Shown: in pieces, positions 38,202 to 47,932 of the stretch
Numbering within the stretch: position 1 is the first letter of the stretch
How the letters are laid out: each line of letters starts with the position of its first letter
Notes under the pieces: model-generated
Database searches by the model: none
The model's input: the letters and a program-made list of their open reading frames with translations, nothing else
What the model was told of the DNA's origin: nothing
Program-made: the position numbers and the translations under genes
Source: an uncultured Pelagibacteraceae bacterium
GTDB lineage: Bacteria; Pseudomonadota; Alphaproteobacteria; Pelagibacterales; Pelagibacteraceae
Length of the DNA stretch: 64,000 bases
Assembly (NCBI GenBank): GCA_902528135.1
Contig: CABZRS010000002.1
Coordinates: 15,409-79,408, forward strand
Reading direction: 5' to 3'

Positions 38202-39236
38202 ATGGATTTTAATCATTTTTTAACAAGTTATATGCCAGACACAAGTATCGGTTCAAGGCAGCATTTTAAAAATATGCTTGAAGAATGTGTAACTGCTGAA
38301 AAACTTGGTTATGCAACGGTATCAATACCAGAGCATCATTTAATTAACTTACTAATGATGCCATCACCATTGCAGATGGCTGTAAAGATTGCATCAGTTA
38401 CAAAAAATATAAAAATAACAACAGGGATAGTTGTTTTGCCTCTACACGATATGAGAACATATGCTGGTGAAGTAGCTACTGCCGATATATTAACTGATGG
38501 AAGATTAATCTTAGGTGTAGGAAGAGGAGCATTTCCATGGGAAATGAAGAGACTAGGCACACCAATAGAACAATCAAAAGAAAAATTTGTAGAGTCTTTA
38601 GAGGTTCTACAATTATTATTAAAAAATAAAGAAGTTTCGTATAAGGGCAAACACTATGACTTCGAACCATTAACTATAATGCCTCGACCCATAAGTAATC
38701 CAATACCAATGATGGTTGCCGCAATGAATTTAGAAAGTATAAAAGATGCAGCTTCAAGAGGATTTCATGTTCAATCAACAGTATTATCAGGTACAAAAGA
38801 ACTTTTATTAAGTAGAGTTAATGCATTTAAAGAAGGCTGCATACAACTAGGTGAAAAAGGTAAGTTACTCAAACTTTCCATGCAACGAATGGCTTACTTA
38901 GCAAAAGATGAAAATGAAGCTAGAGAGAAAACAAAACTTGCTTACGAATATTACAAAAGATTTGACAATATGTTTACAGGACCAGGAAAAGTAAAAGAAG
39001 GGAATATAGAAGCTTTGCCAAGAAAACAAACTTTAGAAGAATTAAAAGAAAATCTTTTAATTTGCCCTTTAAATGAAATGATCGACAAACTTAGCGTTTA
39101 TGCTGAAGCAGGAGTTGATGAGGTAATTCTTAGTTCAAGTTTTGGACAATCTCAAGAAGACCTAATAGAGTCAATGTATAGAATTGGTGAAAACGTAATC
39201 CCATATTTCAAAAAATCTAATATCCAAGTAGCTTAA
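38202..39236 (+). CDS. LLM-class flavin-dependent monooxygenase (TgnB-like)
   Basis: IPEHH, AGEVATADILTDGRLILGVGRGAF, HVQST. Confidence 0.85.
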   Translation: MDFNHFLTSYMPDTSIGSRQHFKNMLEECVTAEKLGYATVSIPEHHLINLLMMPSPLQMAVKIASVTKNIKITTGIVVLPLHDMRTYAGEVATADILTDGRLILGVGRGAFPWEMKRLGTPIEQSKEKFVESLEVLQLLLKNKEVSYKGKHYDFEPLTIMPRPISNPIPMMVAAMNLESIKDAASRGFHVQSTVLSGTKELLLSRVNAFKEGCIQLGEKGKLLKLSMQRMAYLAKDENEAREKTKLAYEYYKRFDNMFTGPGKVKEGNIEALPRKQTLEELKENLLICPLNEMIDKLSVYAEAGVDEVILSSSFGQSQEDLIESMYRIGENVIPYFKKSNIQVA

Positions 39237-39242
39237 ATATCT

Positions 39243-40013
39243 ATGAGCATCATAGATTGCAATTACTCAGTCACAGGATCAGGGCCTGCAATATTTTTAA
39301 CTCATGGAGTTGGAGGTGCTGAAGATGTATGGAGATTTATTACTCCAAAACTTAAAAGTATGTTTACGGTTGTGACATATGATTTAAGGGGTCACGGAAA
39401 ATCACCTGTAGATAATAAAGATTTTAATTTAGATGATCTTGTATTAGATCTAGAGAGAGTAAGAGAAAAGACAAACATCCAAAAAGCACATTTTATGGGA
39501 CATTCTTTAGGGGGCATGATTGCTCCTGCTTATGCTAAAAAATTTCCAGAAAGGGTTTTGTCAGTTGGCCTATTATCAACAGTTGCAGGAAGATCTGATG
39601 AAGATAAACAAAAAGTGTGGAGTGTCATTTCAGATCTAAAAGATAAGGGTGTTGAACAAACATTAAAAAATCTCACTAACAGATGGTTTACAGACAATTT
39701 TATTGAAAAAAATCCAGACTTGGTATCTAGGAGATTAAAACAAGTAATAGATACAGATAAAGATGTATTTATAAATGTTTTTAAAATTTATGCGGAAACT
39801 GAGATGATCTCTTGGTTAAAAGATATGAAGAAACCCTGCTTATTTATGACAGGTGAAAACGATAGTGGATGCACTCCGTCTCATAATAAAAAAATGTCAA
39901 ACGAGGTAAAAGATTCTAAATTAGTTATTATACCAGAGGTAAAACACTCTTTTTTGATAGAGGCTCCTGAGCAAATAGCAAATAACTTAATAGAATTTAT
40001 TGAAAATATTTAA
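39243..40013 (+). CDS. Alpha/beta hydrolase
   Basis: HGVGG, DLRGHG, GHSLGG, TGEND, KHSFLIE. Confidence 0.88.
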   Translation: MSIIDCNYSVTGSGPAIFLTHGVGGAEDVWRFITPKLKSMFTVVTYDLRGHGKSPVDNKDFNLDDLVLDLERVREKTNIQKAHFMGHSLGGMIAPAYAKKFPERVLSVGLLSTVAGRSDEDKQKVWSVISDLKDKGVEQTLKNLTNRWFTDNFIEKNPDLVSRRLKQVIDTDKDVFINVFKIYAETEMISWLKDMKKPCLFMTGENDSGCTPSHNKKMSNEVKDSKLVIIPEVKHSFLIEAPEQIANNLIEFIENI

Positions 40014-40017
40014 AGCT

Positions 40018-40803
40018 CTAATGCATTCTTAAAGTGTTACCATCAACGCCAACTACTTGACCAGAAATTCTAGAAGACTCATCGGATATTAAATAACAAC
40101 ACATTTTACCAATATCTTTCTCATAAACCCAAGTATTAAGAGAAGTCATAGAAACGAATTCACTCTCTACAGCTTTTTTTGAAATTTTCAAAAATTTAGC
40201 TTTATCTCTAATAACTCTTCCCATTCTATCTCCTTTTACAGTTCCTGGACAAATTGCGTTTACTCTAATTTTAAACTTGCCTAATTCCATTGCTAAAGTT
40301 TTAGTCATTCCAACTACCGCCCATTTACTGGCTGAGTAGGGAGATCTTAATGGAAACCCAAATATACCTGCTGTAGAAGACAGATTAACTACTGACCCAC
40401 CTTTATTTTTTTTTAACATTGGGATTGCTAATTTTGAAAAAATAAAATGACTAATTACATTTATCTTTAAAGTTTGTTCCCAATCTTTTGTTTTAAGTTT
40501 GTCCATAGTTCCTGTTGGGCCTGCAACTCCAACATTATTAATTAGTGCATCAATTTTTTGTGTTTTTTTTTTAATTTCTTTAAAAAAATTTATTACATCA
40601 TTTTCATTTGAGGCATCGCAATGAAAAGAAAACAACCTTTTATTATTCAAAGGATTTTTTTTTAATTTATTTATCGATTTTTTATCGACATCACAAACGA
40701 ATACCTTCGCACCTTTTTCAAGACACTCCTTTGCTGTTGCCCATCCAATTCCTGATGCCCCAGCTGATATAATAATTTTTTTGTTTTTGAAATTGTATGA
40801 CAT
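40018..40803 (-). CDS. Short-chain dehydrogenase/reductase
   Basis: AGASGIG, NNVGVAGP, YSASK catalytic motif, NAICPG. Confidence 0.9.
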   Translation of the reverse strand: MSYNFKNKKIIISAGASGIGWATAKECLEKGAKVFVCDVDKKSINKLKKNPLNNKRLFSFHCDASNENDVINFFKEIKKKTQKIDALINNVGVAGPTGTMDKLKTKDWEQTLKINVISHFIFSKLAIPMLKKNKGGSVVNLSSTAGIFGFPLRSPYSASKWAVVGMTKTLAMELGKFKIRVNAICPGTVKGDRMGRVIRDKAKFLKISKKAVESEFVSMTSLNTWVYEKDIGKMCCYLISDESSRISGQVVGVDGNTLRMH

Positions 40804-41654
40804 TAATCTGTTAATCCATCGGATCTAACTTTATTTCTTTCTAAATGTATGGGCAATACTTTTCCGTAAATTGCTTTTGAATGTTCAGGTGTGTTTACTC
40901 TCCATGGATCCAATACATAGGCAGGTATACACATAAATCGGGATGTTTTTCCAATAACTTTTGTTACTCTATGCATAGTAAATCTACCTTTAAATATTTG
41001 TAAATCACCAGTTTCTAGCTCAAGTCTTTTTACTCTTGATCGATCTCCATCAAGTACTTTCTTTACATCATCAAATTTTTCGTTTCTTGGTTCTCTTATG
41101 TTTGGACAATATTCAAATATCCCACCTTTTTCAGGTTTCTGAATCATTAAACTCAAAGTAAATTCACAACTATCAAAATGCCAAGGCAATATTCCATCTG
41201 GTTCCATAACATTGTATGCATGACAGGCTAAAGGATCAGCCCATCTATATATAGGTGCAATCCCTAAGCATGCAGATACAAATTTTAATAATTCCTCAGT
41301 TTCATAAAGAAATTTCATCTCCGAATTTTTTGCAAAACAGTCAGAATTTAAATATCCATTAAATCTATCCATAAATATTCTTTTTGGGTGATCTTTAGGA
41401 AGAGTAGGATCGTCTTTTGAATAAAGATATGCGTTTATACTTTCTTTAGACATATAAACTTCATTAAGCTGTTGTTCTAATTCTTTTTTCATCACATTTA
41501 AAGAATTTGGTAAAATAAAATTAGGAATTACCGAACAACTATCGCTATCTAGTTCAGTTTTACATTTTTCAATTATTTTCTTGATCTTTGGTGATTGTAA
41601 ATCATGAATTGGGTATTTAACTAAATCAACGATGTTGCTTAAACTTTTTTTCAT
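40803..41654 (-). CDS. Fe(II)/2OG oxygenase, BesD/HalD-like fold with hydroxylase HxD motif
   Basis: WHFD..EFT....QKPEKGG.FEYCPNIR, GDLQIFKGR...HRVT.V.G...R. Confidence 0.65.
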   Translation of the reverse strand: MKKSLSNIVDLVKYPIHDLQSPKIKKIIEKCKTELDSDSCSVIPNFILPNSLNVMKKELEQQLNEVYMSKESINAYLYSKDDPTLPKDHPKRIFMDRFNGYLNSDCFAKNSEMKFLYETEELLKFVSACLGIAPIYRWADPLACHAYNVMEPDGILPWHFDSCEFTLSLMIQKPEKGGIFEYCPNIREPRNEKFDDVKKVLDGDRSRVKRLELETGDLQIFKGRFTMHRVTKVIGKTSRFMCIPAYVLDPWRVNTPEHSKAIYGKVLPIHLERNKVRSDGLTD

Positions 41655-41669
41655 AACTATTTAATCTAA

Positions 41670-42695
41670 TTATGAGTTTGAAAGTGATTCTTGCAATTCT
41701 TTATTAGAAATATAGCCTTTAGCATTTCCTTGTTTATCAACTACCTCACAATTAGAGTTACTACAAACAACTTGAGGTAGAAATTCCTCTATAAATTGGT
41801 CTTCTTCAACTTTTATCAAGTTTGATTTGTCAATATCATCTGATTGATTAACTGGTTTCATTATAATTTTTGCTTTTATAACCTTTGTTCTATTTACGTC
41901 TTTAACAAATGCCTCAACGTATTCATCAGCAGGGTTCATTATGATTTCTACAGGTGTTCCTACCTGTACCAGTTTTCCTGCATTCAAAATTCCAATGTGA
42001 TCTCCTAACCTTAATGACTCATCTAGATCATGAGTAATAAATACAATCGTCTTTTTTAATTCTGATTGTAGGTCTATAAGTTGTTTCTGCATATCACTTC
42101 TAATTAAAGGATCTAACGCAGAAAAAGCTTCATCCATTAACATTATGTCTGTGTCAGTAGCCAAGGCTCTTGCGAGACCTACTCGCTGTTGCATACCTCC
42201 AGAAAGTTGTGCAGGATATTGATTTTCAAATCCAGTCAAACCGACAGCCTCGATTTTTTCCATAGCAACAGAATTTCTTTTTTCAATCTCCATACCTTGC
42301 ATCTCGAGTCCATACCCAACATTTTGTAAAACTGTTTTGTGCGGGAATAGCCCAAATCGTTGAAATACCATACTCATTTTCTGTCTTCTAAATTCAATTA
42401 ATTGTTCTTTGTTTAGAGTGGTAACATCTTTGCCTTCTACTAAAATTTCTCCAGAGGTTGGGTCTATTAATCTATTTAAGTGTCTAATTAGTGTTGATTT
42501 TCCTGATCCAGACAAACCCATACAAACAAATGTTTCTCCCTCTTCAATTTTTAAGGATACATTATCCAATCCAACTGTATGCCCAGTTTTTTCTAGAACA
42601 TCTTCTTTTGTAGCTCCTTCTTGCACCATTTTAAGAACGCTATCAGGTTTTGGACCAAAAATTTTGTAAACGTTATTGATTTCGATTTTAGACAT
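41670..42695 (-). CDS. Glycine betaine/proline-type ABC ATP-binding protein (ProV/OpuAA-like)
   Basis: [52 protein letters not shown]. Confidence 0.9.
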   Translation of the reverse strand: MSKIEINNVYKIFGPKPDSVLKMVQEGATKEDVLEKTGHTVGLDNVSLKIEEGETFVCMGLSGSGKSTLIRHLNRLIDPTSGEILVEGKDVTTLNKEQLIEFRRQKMSMVFQRFGLFPHKTVLQNVGYGLEMQGMEIEKRNSVAMEKIEAVGLTGFENQYPAQLSGGMQQRVGLARALATDTDIMLMDEAFSALDPLIRSDMQKQLIDLQSELKKTIVFITHDLDESLRLGDHIGILNAGKLVQVGTPVEIIMNPADEYVEAFVKDVNRTKVIKAKIIMKPVNQSDDIDKSNLIKVEEDQFIEEFLPQVVCSNSNCEVVDKQGNAKGYISNKELQESLSNS

Positions 42696-42809
42696 TTATT
42701 TAAAGTTTAGTTCTTTTAGTACATCAAAGCAAATCAACAATAAAATAACTTTATAGAATTCAACTATTAATTGAATTGAAATTTTTTTCATTTTATATAA
42801 TTATTTATT

Positions 42810-43943
42810 ATGAATTCGATTTCTAAAATCGCAAAAAACAGCACTTATTTACAAATTACTTGGAATGATGGTGAAGAAAGTAAATTTAATTACATGTGGT
42901 TAAGAGATAATTGTCCTACAGCACATGACAAAGACTCAAGACATAGAATGTTTAACATCTTAGAGGTATCAAAAGAAATAAATCCCAAAAAATATTCTTT
43001 AAATCGTGATGGTAAATTAGAAATAGAGTGGAGTGAGGGTGACCACACAAGCTATTATGATCTTAAGTGGTTGAGAGATAATTGTTATACTATTAAAAAT
43101 AAACAAGAATATGTTTCACCATATCAACTTTGGGATAATAACTTAGAAAAGGATTTCGAATCTATATATATTGAGCACGATGAAGTGATAGACTCTGAAG
43201 AAGGATTAATAAAATGGTTAGAGCTATTGCATCACAAAGGTATAGCAATAGTTAAAAATTCACCAACAGAAAAAAAATCAGGTTTTGAAATTCTTCATAG
43301 AATAAGTCATGTGAGGGAAACCTTTTTTAAAACTCCCTTTGAAGTAATCAATATTCCAAAACCAAATAATTCTGCTTATACAGCTCATGCTTTAAGAAAC
43401 CATATGGATTTACCTTGGTTTGAATTACCACCTGGTTATCAATTTTTACATTGTTTAGTAAATGATGCAAAGGGTGGAGATTCTTCTGCGATTGATGGCT
43501 TTGCTGTTGCTGATTATTTGAGGAAAAATGAAAAAGAAATTTTTGAAACATTAATCTCTGTGCCACTAAAGTTTAGAGATAAGGATTATACTCAAGAATC
43601 TCACCGAAGCTTCCATGCCCCAGCAATTAGTTTAACAAAAGATAAAGATTTTCATGATATTAGGTTTAGTGTTGCAACTATGGATGCATTAGACTGCCAT
43701 CCAGACGAAATGGATAAAGTTTATAAAGCTCATCACAGATTTGGCAATCTTTTACATGATGACAAATTTCAAATTAAATTCCGACTAGGACCAGGAGATA
43801 TATTTTCTTTCAATAATAGGCGTGTTTTACACGGTAGAACTGCCTTTGATCCAAACTCAGGTCATCGTCATCTTCAAGGATATTACCTAGATAGAGACGA
43901 GATAATTGGCAGATTAGAATATCTTAAAAAATATAAATCATAA
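42810..43943 (+). CDS. Gamma-butyrobetaine dioxygenase (BBOX)-like, DUF971 plus TauD domains
   Basis: WLRDNC N-terminal domain, AYT..L..HMDLP, PG.QFLHCL.N, DGF.VA, NRRVLHGRTAFDP.SG.RHLQGYYLDRD. Confidence 0.82.
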   Translation: MNSISKIAKNSTYLQITWNDGEESKFNYMWLRDNCPTAHDKDSRHRMFNILEVSKEINPKKYSLNRDGKLEIEWSEGDHTSYYDLKWLRDNCYTIKNKQEYVSPYQLWDNNLEKDFESIYIEHDEVIDSEEGLIKWLELLHHKGIAIVKNSPTEKKSGFEILHRISHVRETFFKTPFEVINIPKPNNSAYTAHALRNHMDLPWFELPPGYQFLHCLVNDAKGGDSSAIDGFAVADYLRKNEKEIFETLISVPLKFRDKDYTQESHRSFHAPAISLTKDKDFHDIRFSVATMDALDCHPDEMDKVYKAHHRFGNLLHDDKFQIKFRLGPGDIFSFNNRRVLHGRTAFDPNSGHRHLQGYYLDRDEIIGRLEYLKKYKS

Positions 43944-44576
43944 GTTTTCAAATATAAGATTATTATCTTTATTATATTTTAAAAATTCTTTTCGAGTTTT
44001 TATTGTGTAGTAATATTTTTCCTTATTAATCAATTGTACTTTCTTGTTTTCTAAAAATTTTTTATCCAAAATTAGATAATTTATTTTATTACTATGACCA
44101 TATTTTAAAATCGACTTAACACTATCTTTATTGGAAAATGAAATACCAACTTTAACTTTCGAATTAATTTTTAAAAGATTGTATATATTTTTGTGTTTAA
44201 ATGAGATAAAAATACATTTTTTGAATTTCCTGGTCTCATTTATTAACTTATATAAGAGTTTTTTTTTTATTAATGGTTTTATCTCTATAAATATAGGAAA
44301 TTTATTTTTAGATAGCTCTAATACTTCATTTAAAAGAGGTATTTTAAATTTTTCGTTATTAATTTTTTTTAAATCCCCATGATTAATATTTTTTATGCTT
44401 TTATTGATTTTGAAAATTCTTTTTAAAGAAAAATCATGAAAGCATACAAATTTATTATCTTTAGTTAAGTGAATATCTGTTTCAATTCCATATTTTCTTT
44501 TAAAGGATGCTCTAAATGACTCTAAACAGTTTTCACTGTAATTTTTATTTACAATTCCTCTATGAATTATGTGCAT
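43938..44576 (-). CDS. Glycerophosphodiester phosphodiesterase family protein
   Basis: HRG, EN, ETDIHLTKD, HD..L.R, IEIK. Confidence 0.8.
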   Translation of the reverse strand: MHIIHRGIVNKNYSENCLESFRASFKRKYGIETDIHLTKDNKFVCFHDFSLKRIFKINKSIKNINHGDLKKINNEKFKIPLLNEVLELSKNKFPIFIEIKPLIKKKLLYKLINETRKFKKCIFISFKHKNIYNLLKINSKVKVGISFSNKDSVKSILKYGHSNKINYLILDKKFLENKKVQLINKEKYYYTIKTRKEFLKYNKDNNLIFENL

Positions 44577-44578
44577 GT

Positions 44579-44611
44579 AAAAAAAAGGGCTCTGTTTTCA
44601 CAAAGCCCTTT
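44579..44611 (-). terminator. Rho-independent terminator after the SBP gene
   Basis: Minus strand AAAGGGCTTTG-TGAAAA-CAGAGCCCTTT followed by a U run. Confidence 0.8.
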
Positions 44612-44632
44612 ATTATTTTTAAAAGTTTAATT

Positions 44633-45643
44633 TTAGTTAGGTAACCAACTTTTCCACTTATCTGGATTGTTGTCTAACCACTCATTCACAACTTCTTTCA
44701 CGTCTCTTTTTTTGATATCAACTTCAACTAGCATCTTAGCTTGGTCTAAGTTGTCTAACTTCATTCTTTCAAAAAAAGCTTTTGCTTTAGCATGTTCTGG
44801 TTTAGCAAATGTATCAGGATTTCCATAATTCATAGTGTAGTCTTTATCCCAACCAGTTGCTGGCCATCCATCTGTACCACAAGTCTTCCAGTTGTTTGCT
44901 TCAGTAAATGTATCTCCTGCACAAGTTTTGTAATCAGGAAGACCTACACCTACCATATCAAACTCACCAAAGAACCAGTGTGGTGACCATAGGTATAATA
45001 AGAATGGTTCTTTTCTCATGTAAGCAGCTTTAGCTTCTGCAACTGCAGCAGCCTCTGTTCCTAGCTCATCCGCTTGAAAGTCAATTCCTAAAAGATCTAA
45101 TCTTTTTTGGTCGTGACAGTTCCAACCAGCAACAGGACATCCAATTAATCTTCCTTTGCCGCCCGTTTCAATTGTTGCAAACTCTTTCTTATGTTTGTTT
45201 AAATCTCTCCAAGTTTTAATTCCAAATTTTTCAGCTGCATATCTTGGGATCCAGTAATCAGACATACCGATAATTCCAGTTGTTCCTAAAAGATCAACTG
45301 TTCCATCTCCCTTGTATGATTTTACAACTTTACCATCGTAAATTAAATCTTCGTTAAACATAACATCATCTGCCTCTGCATAACTTGGCCAGCTTTCACA
45401 AGCAAAATCAAGTTCACCAGCAGCAATTGCTTCCCATAATCCAGTTCCTGACGGGAATACTGTTTGTTTAACTTTGTAGCCCATTTCTCTTTCAAGAATT
45501 CCTACTGCAACTTCACAAGTGATAATTCCACCTGTCCAGTCAGCAATAGCAGCATGTAATCTTTTTGCATTAGCCTGAGTAAGACTAGCAAATAAAATTA
45601 CGAAAGATAAAAATAGAGCTGATATTGTTTTTGATAACCTCAT
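44633..45643 (-). CDS. Glycine betaine/quaternary amine ABC substrate-binding protein (OpuAC/ProX family)
   Basis: Signal peptide, DWTG, E.W, GCPVAGWNC, YLWSPHW aromatic-cage residues; AGAGAGG RBS. Confidence 0.85.
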   Translation of the reverse strand: MRLSKTISALFLSFVILFASLTQANAKRLHAAIADWTGGIITCEVAVGILEREMGYKVKQTVFPSGTGLWEAIAAGELDFACESWPSYAEADDVMFNEDLIYDGKVVKSYKGDGTVDLLGTTGIIGMSDYWIPRYAAEKFGIKTWRDLNKHKKEFATIETGGKGRLIGCPVAGWNCHDQKRLDLLGIDFQADELGTEAAAVAEAKAAYMRKEPFLLYLWSPHWFFGEFDMVGVGLPDYKTCAGDTFTEANNWKTCGTDGWPATGWDKDYTMNYGNPDTFAKPEHAKAKAFFERMKLDNLDQAKMLVEVDIKKRDVKEVVNEWLDNNPDKWKSWLPN

Positions 45644-45733
45644 TTATTTCCTCTCTTTTAATTAATTAAAGATATATTTTAAAACAAAAACCTGTCGTTT
45701 GTAAACTGAGAAAAATGTAACTATTACTTGATT

Positions 45734-47851
45734 TTATAAACCCAAGGCTTCTCTTTGTTTTTTTGTCCAAGCAAGTGATATTCTATCTATAATTATTGCT
45801 AATAATACTATTCCTATACCTGCGGCCAAACCTCTTCCAGTATCTGATCTGGCTAATCCATTAAATACTTCTAAACCTAGTCCCTTTCCACCAATTAAAG
45901 GTGTAACTATTTGCATAGCAAAAGCCATAATTACTGTTTGATTAAATCCAATCACTAAACTTGGAACTGCTAAGGGGAATTTAATTTTGTTTAAAGTTTG
46001 TAATAACGTACCACCAAATGATCGCGAAACTTCTGAATAGGTTCCAGATACTTGAGTTAAACCTAAAGAAGTTAATCTAATTATAGGTGGTATAGAGTAT
46101 ATAACTGTTGCCAATATAGCTGAAACAACGCCTCCTCCAAAAAACATTAATACGGGAATTAAATAACAGAAGTAAGGCAATGTCTGCATAGCATCTAATA
46201 CAACGTTTTGAACATTTCTAAATCTCTCATTATAAGATGCGATTATTCCAAGAGGTACTCCAATTATAAAACACAAAGCTACAGAAACTAAAACAGATGA
46301 AAGTGTTATCATTGATTGAGGCCATATCCCACAAGCACCAATAAATAATAATAACAAAGCAGTGATGATTGCAAATCTTATACCAACAGTGAAATACCCA
46401 ATCGCAGAGAATACACCTAATGTGTACCACCATGGTACGTGAGTTAAGAAAATATCTAGCGGTCGCAAAAGTTTAAGATAAACAAATCCTCTTAGAGCTT
46501 TTGTAAATGCAATAAAGCCTGGGTTAACTGTCAAAGAGTCAACAGCATTAGAAATTGGTTGTCTAATTGACAATCTCCATTCTTCAGGAAAAGATCCAAT
46601 ACTTATCATGTAAGAGTCAATAAAGGAAATAGCAAGAACAAGTAAAAATGAGGGTATGATATAATATCTTCTAGTTATAGCCTCACCTATATCTCTTGCA
46701 GTATTTTTATTTGATAATGAAATACAAAATTCAAATATATAAGCTATTGACCTTGTTAAATTAATACAGACAAAATTTGTTAATCTACTTAAAAATTCTA
46801 AAGGTTTTTCTATAAGTCTTGCGATTAAATATTTTTCCCAAGATTGAGGGAGTAGATAAAATTTTTGAACATTAGAGGGAAGAGATTGTTCTGTTTTACT
46901 GAAAGACATGCTAAATCTGTCAAACATTATTGCCATAAAAAGAATACAAAGTCCTCCTTCCATTGCCCATCCAACATCAAGTCTTCTAATTGCTTGCCAC
47001 ACTTGACCGCCAATTCCTTCAGCTCCAATAAAACACGCAAGAACTACAAGTGCCAATGCCATCATTATAACTTGGTTAATACCCATCATTATACTCGGTA
47101 ATGAAAGTGGAATTTTAATTTTAAATAAAAGTTGTAATTTACTTGAGCCAAATGACGTTGCTGACTCTATTGTCTCCGCCGAAACTTGTCTAATTCCTGT
47201 ATTTGTTAATCTAATTATTGGAGGCATGGAATAAATCATAGTTGCCAATATAGCTGGAGCTCCTCCGATGCCAAAAAAGAATAGAGCAGGAAACAGATAA
47301 ACAAAAGCTGGCATCACTTGCATTGTATCTAAAATAGGTTTCATAAAATTTTCAAATCGATCGCTCTGAGAGCACATAACTCCCAAGGTTACACCCACAA
47401 CTACACACATTAATACAGACAAACCCATCAATGCTACAGTTTGAAGGGATGGTTCCCACATACCTGTAGCACCCCAAAAATAAATTACGAATAAAGAATA
47501 TAGACCCAATCTCAAGCCACCTGCAATTAAACAAGGTAAAAATATTAATGCTGCAATTAGAAGCCAAGGAGAATCGAGAAGAAAGTCTTCAACAAAATAA
47601 TAAATATTTTTAATATAACTGGCTATTATTTTCGTAATCCATCTATAATTTTTTTTTAAATAATCCTCACCTTCATTAACCCATGCAGTAAATGTAAATT
47701 GATCAGTTACTACCTTTGGCATTTTTGAAGGACCCTCACTTTGAAATGATAACCATAAAGCAACTAAAAAAGTTAATAGAACTAAAGAATATGTAATTAT
47801 ATTTTTAGATGAAATTGATTTACCTTGAATACTTGAGACTTCAGATGACAT
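45734..47851 (-). CDS. ProW-type ABC permease with two fused transmembrane domains
   Basis: Two copies of LD.MQ..P.F.YL.P, PPIIRLT..G..QV and SFG (EAA loop) in 705 aa. Confidence 0.88.
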   Translation of the reverse strand: MSSEVSSIQGKSISSKNIITYSLVLLTFLVALWLSFQSEGPSKMPKVVTDQFTFTAWVNEGEDYLKKNYRWITKIIASYIKNIYYFVEDFLLDSPWLLIAALIFLPCLIAGGLRLGLYSLFVIYFWGATGMWEPSLQTVALMGLSVLMCVVVGVTLGVMCSQSDRFENFMKPILDTMQVMPAFVYLFPALFFFGIGGAPAILATMIYSMPPIIRLTNTGIRQVSAETIESATSFGSSKLQLLFKIKIPLSLPSIMMGINQVIMMALALVVLACFIGAEGIGGQVWQAIRRLDVGWAMEGGLCILFMAIMFDRFSMSFSKTEQSLPSNVQKFYLLPQSWEKYLIARLIEKPLEFLSRLTNFVCINLTRSIAYIFEFCISLSNKNTARDIGEAITRRYYIIPSFLLVLAISFIDSYMISIGSFPEEWRLSIRQPISNAVDSLTVNPGFIAFTKALRGFVYLKLLRPLDIFLTHVPWWYTLGVFSAIGYFTVGIRFAIITALLLLFIGACGIWPQSMITLSSVLVSVALCFIIGVPLGIIASYNERFRNVQNVVLDAMQTLPYFCYLIPVLMFFGGGVVSAILATVIYSIPPIIRLTSLGLTQVSGTYSEVSRSFGGTLLQTLNKIKFPLAVPSLVIGFNQTVIMAFAMQIVTPLIGGKGLGLEVFNGLARSDTGRGLAAGIGIVLLAIIIDRISLAWTKKQREALGL

Positions 47852-47932
47852 AATTATTTAAAATTTTAAAATAAATAATTTTACTTTTAAAGGAAAATAT
47901 TGTCTATTTTTATGTTATTAAAATAACAAAAT

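Noticed and set aside
28624-39236. Two luciferase-like genes as luxAB bioluminescence
   Set aside because: Not adjacent, no luxCDE, and the context is catabolic
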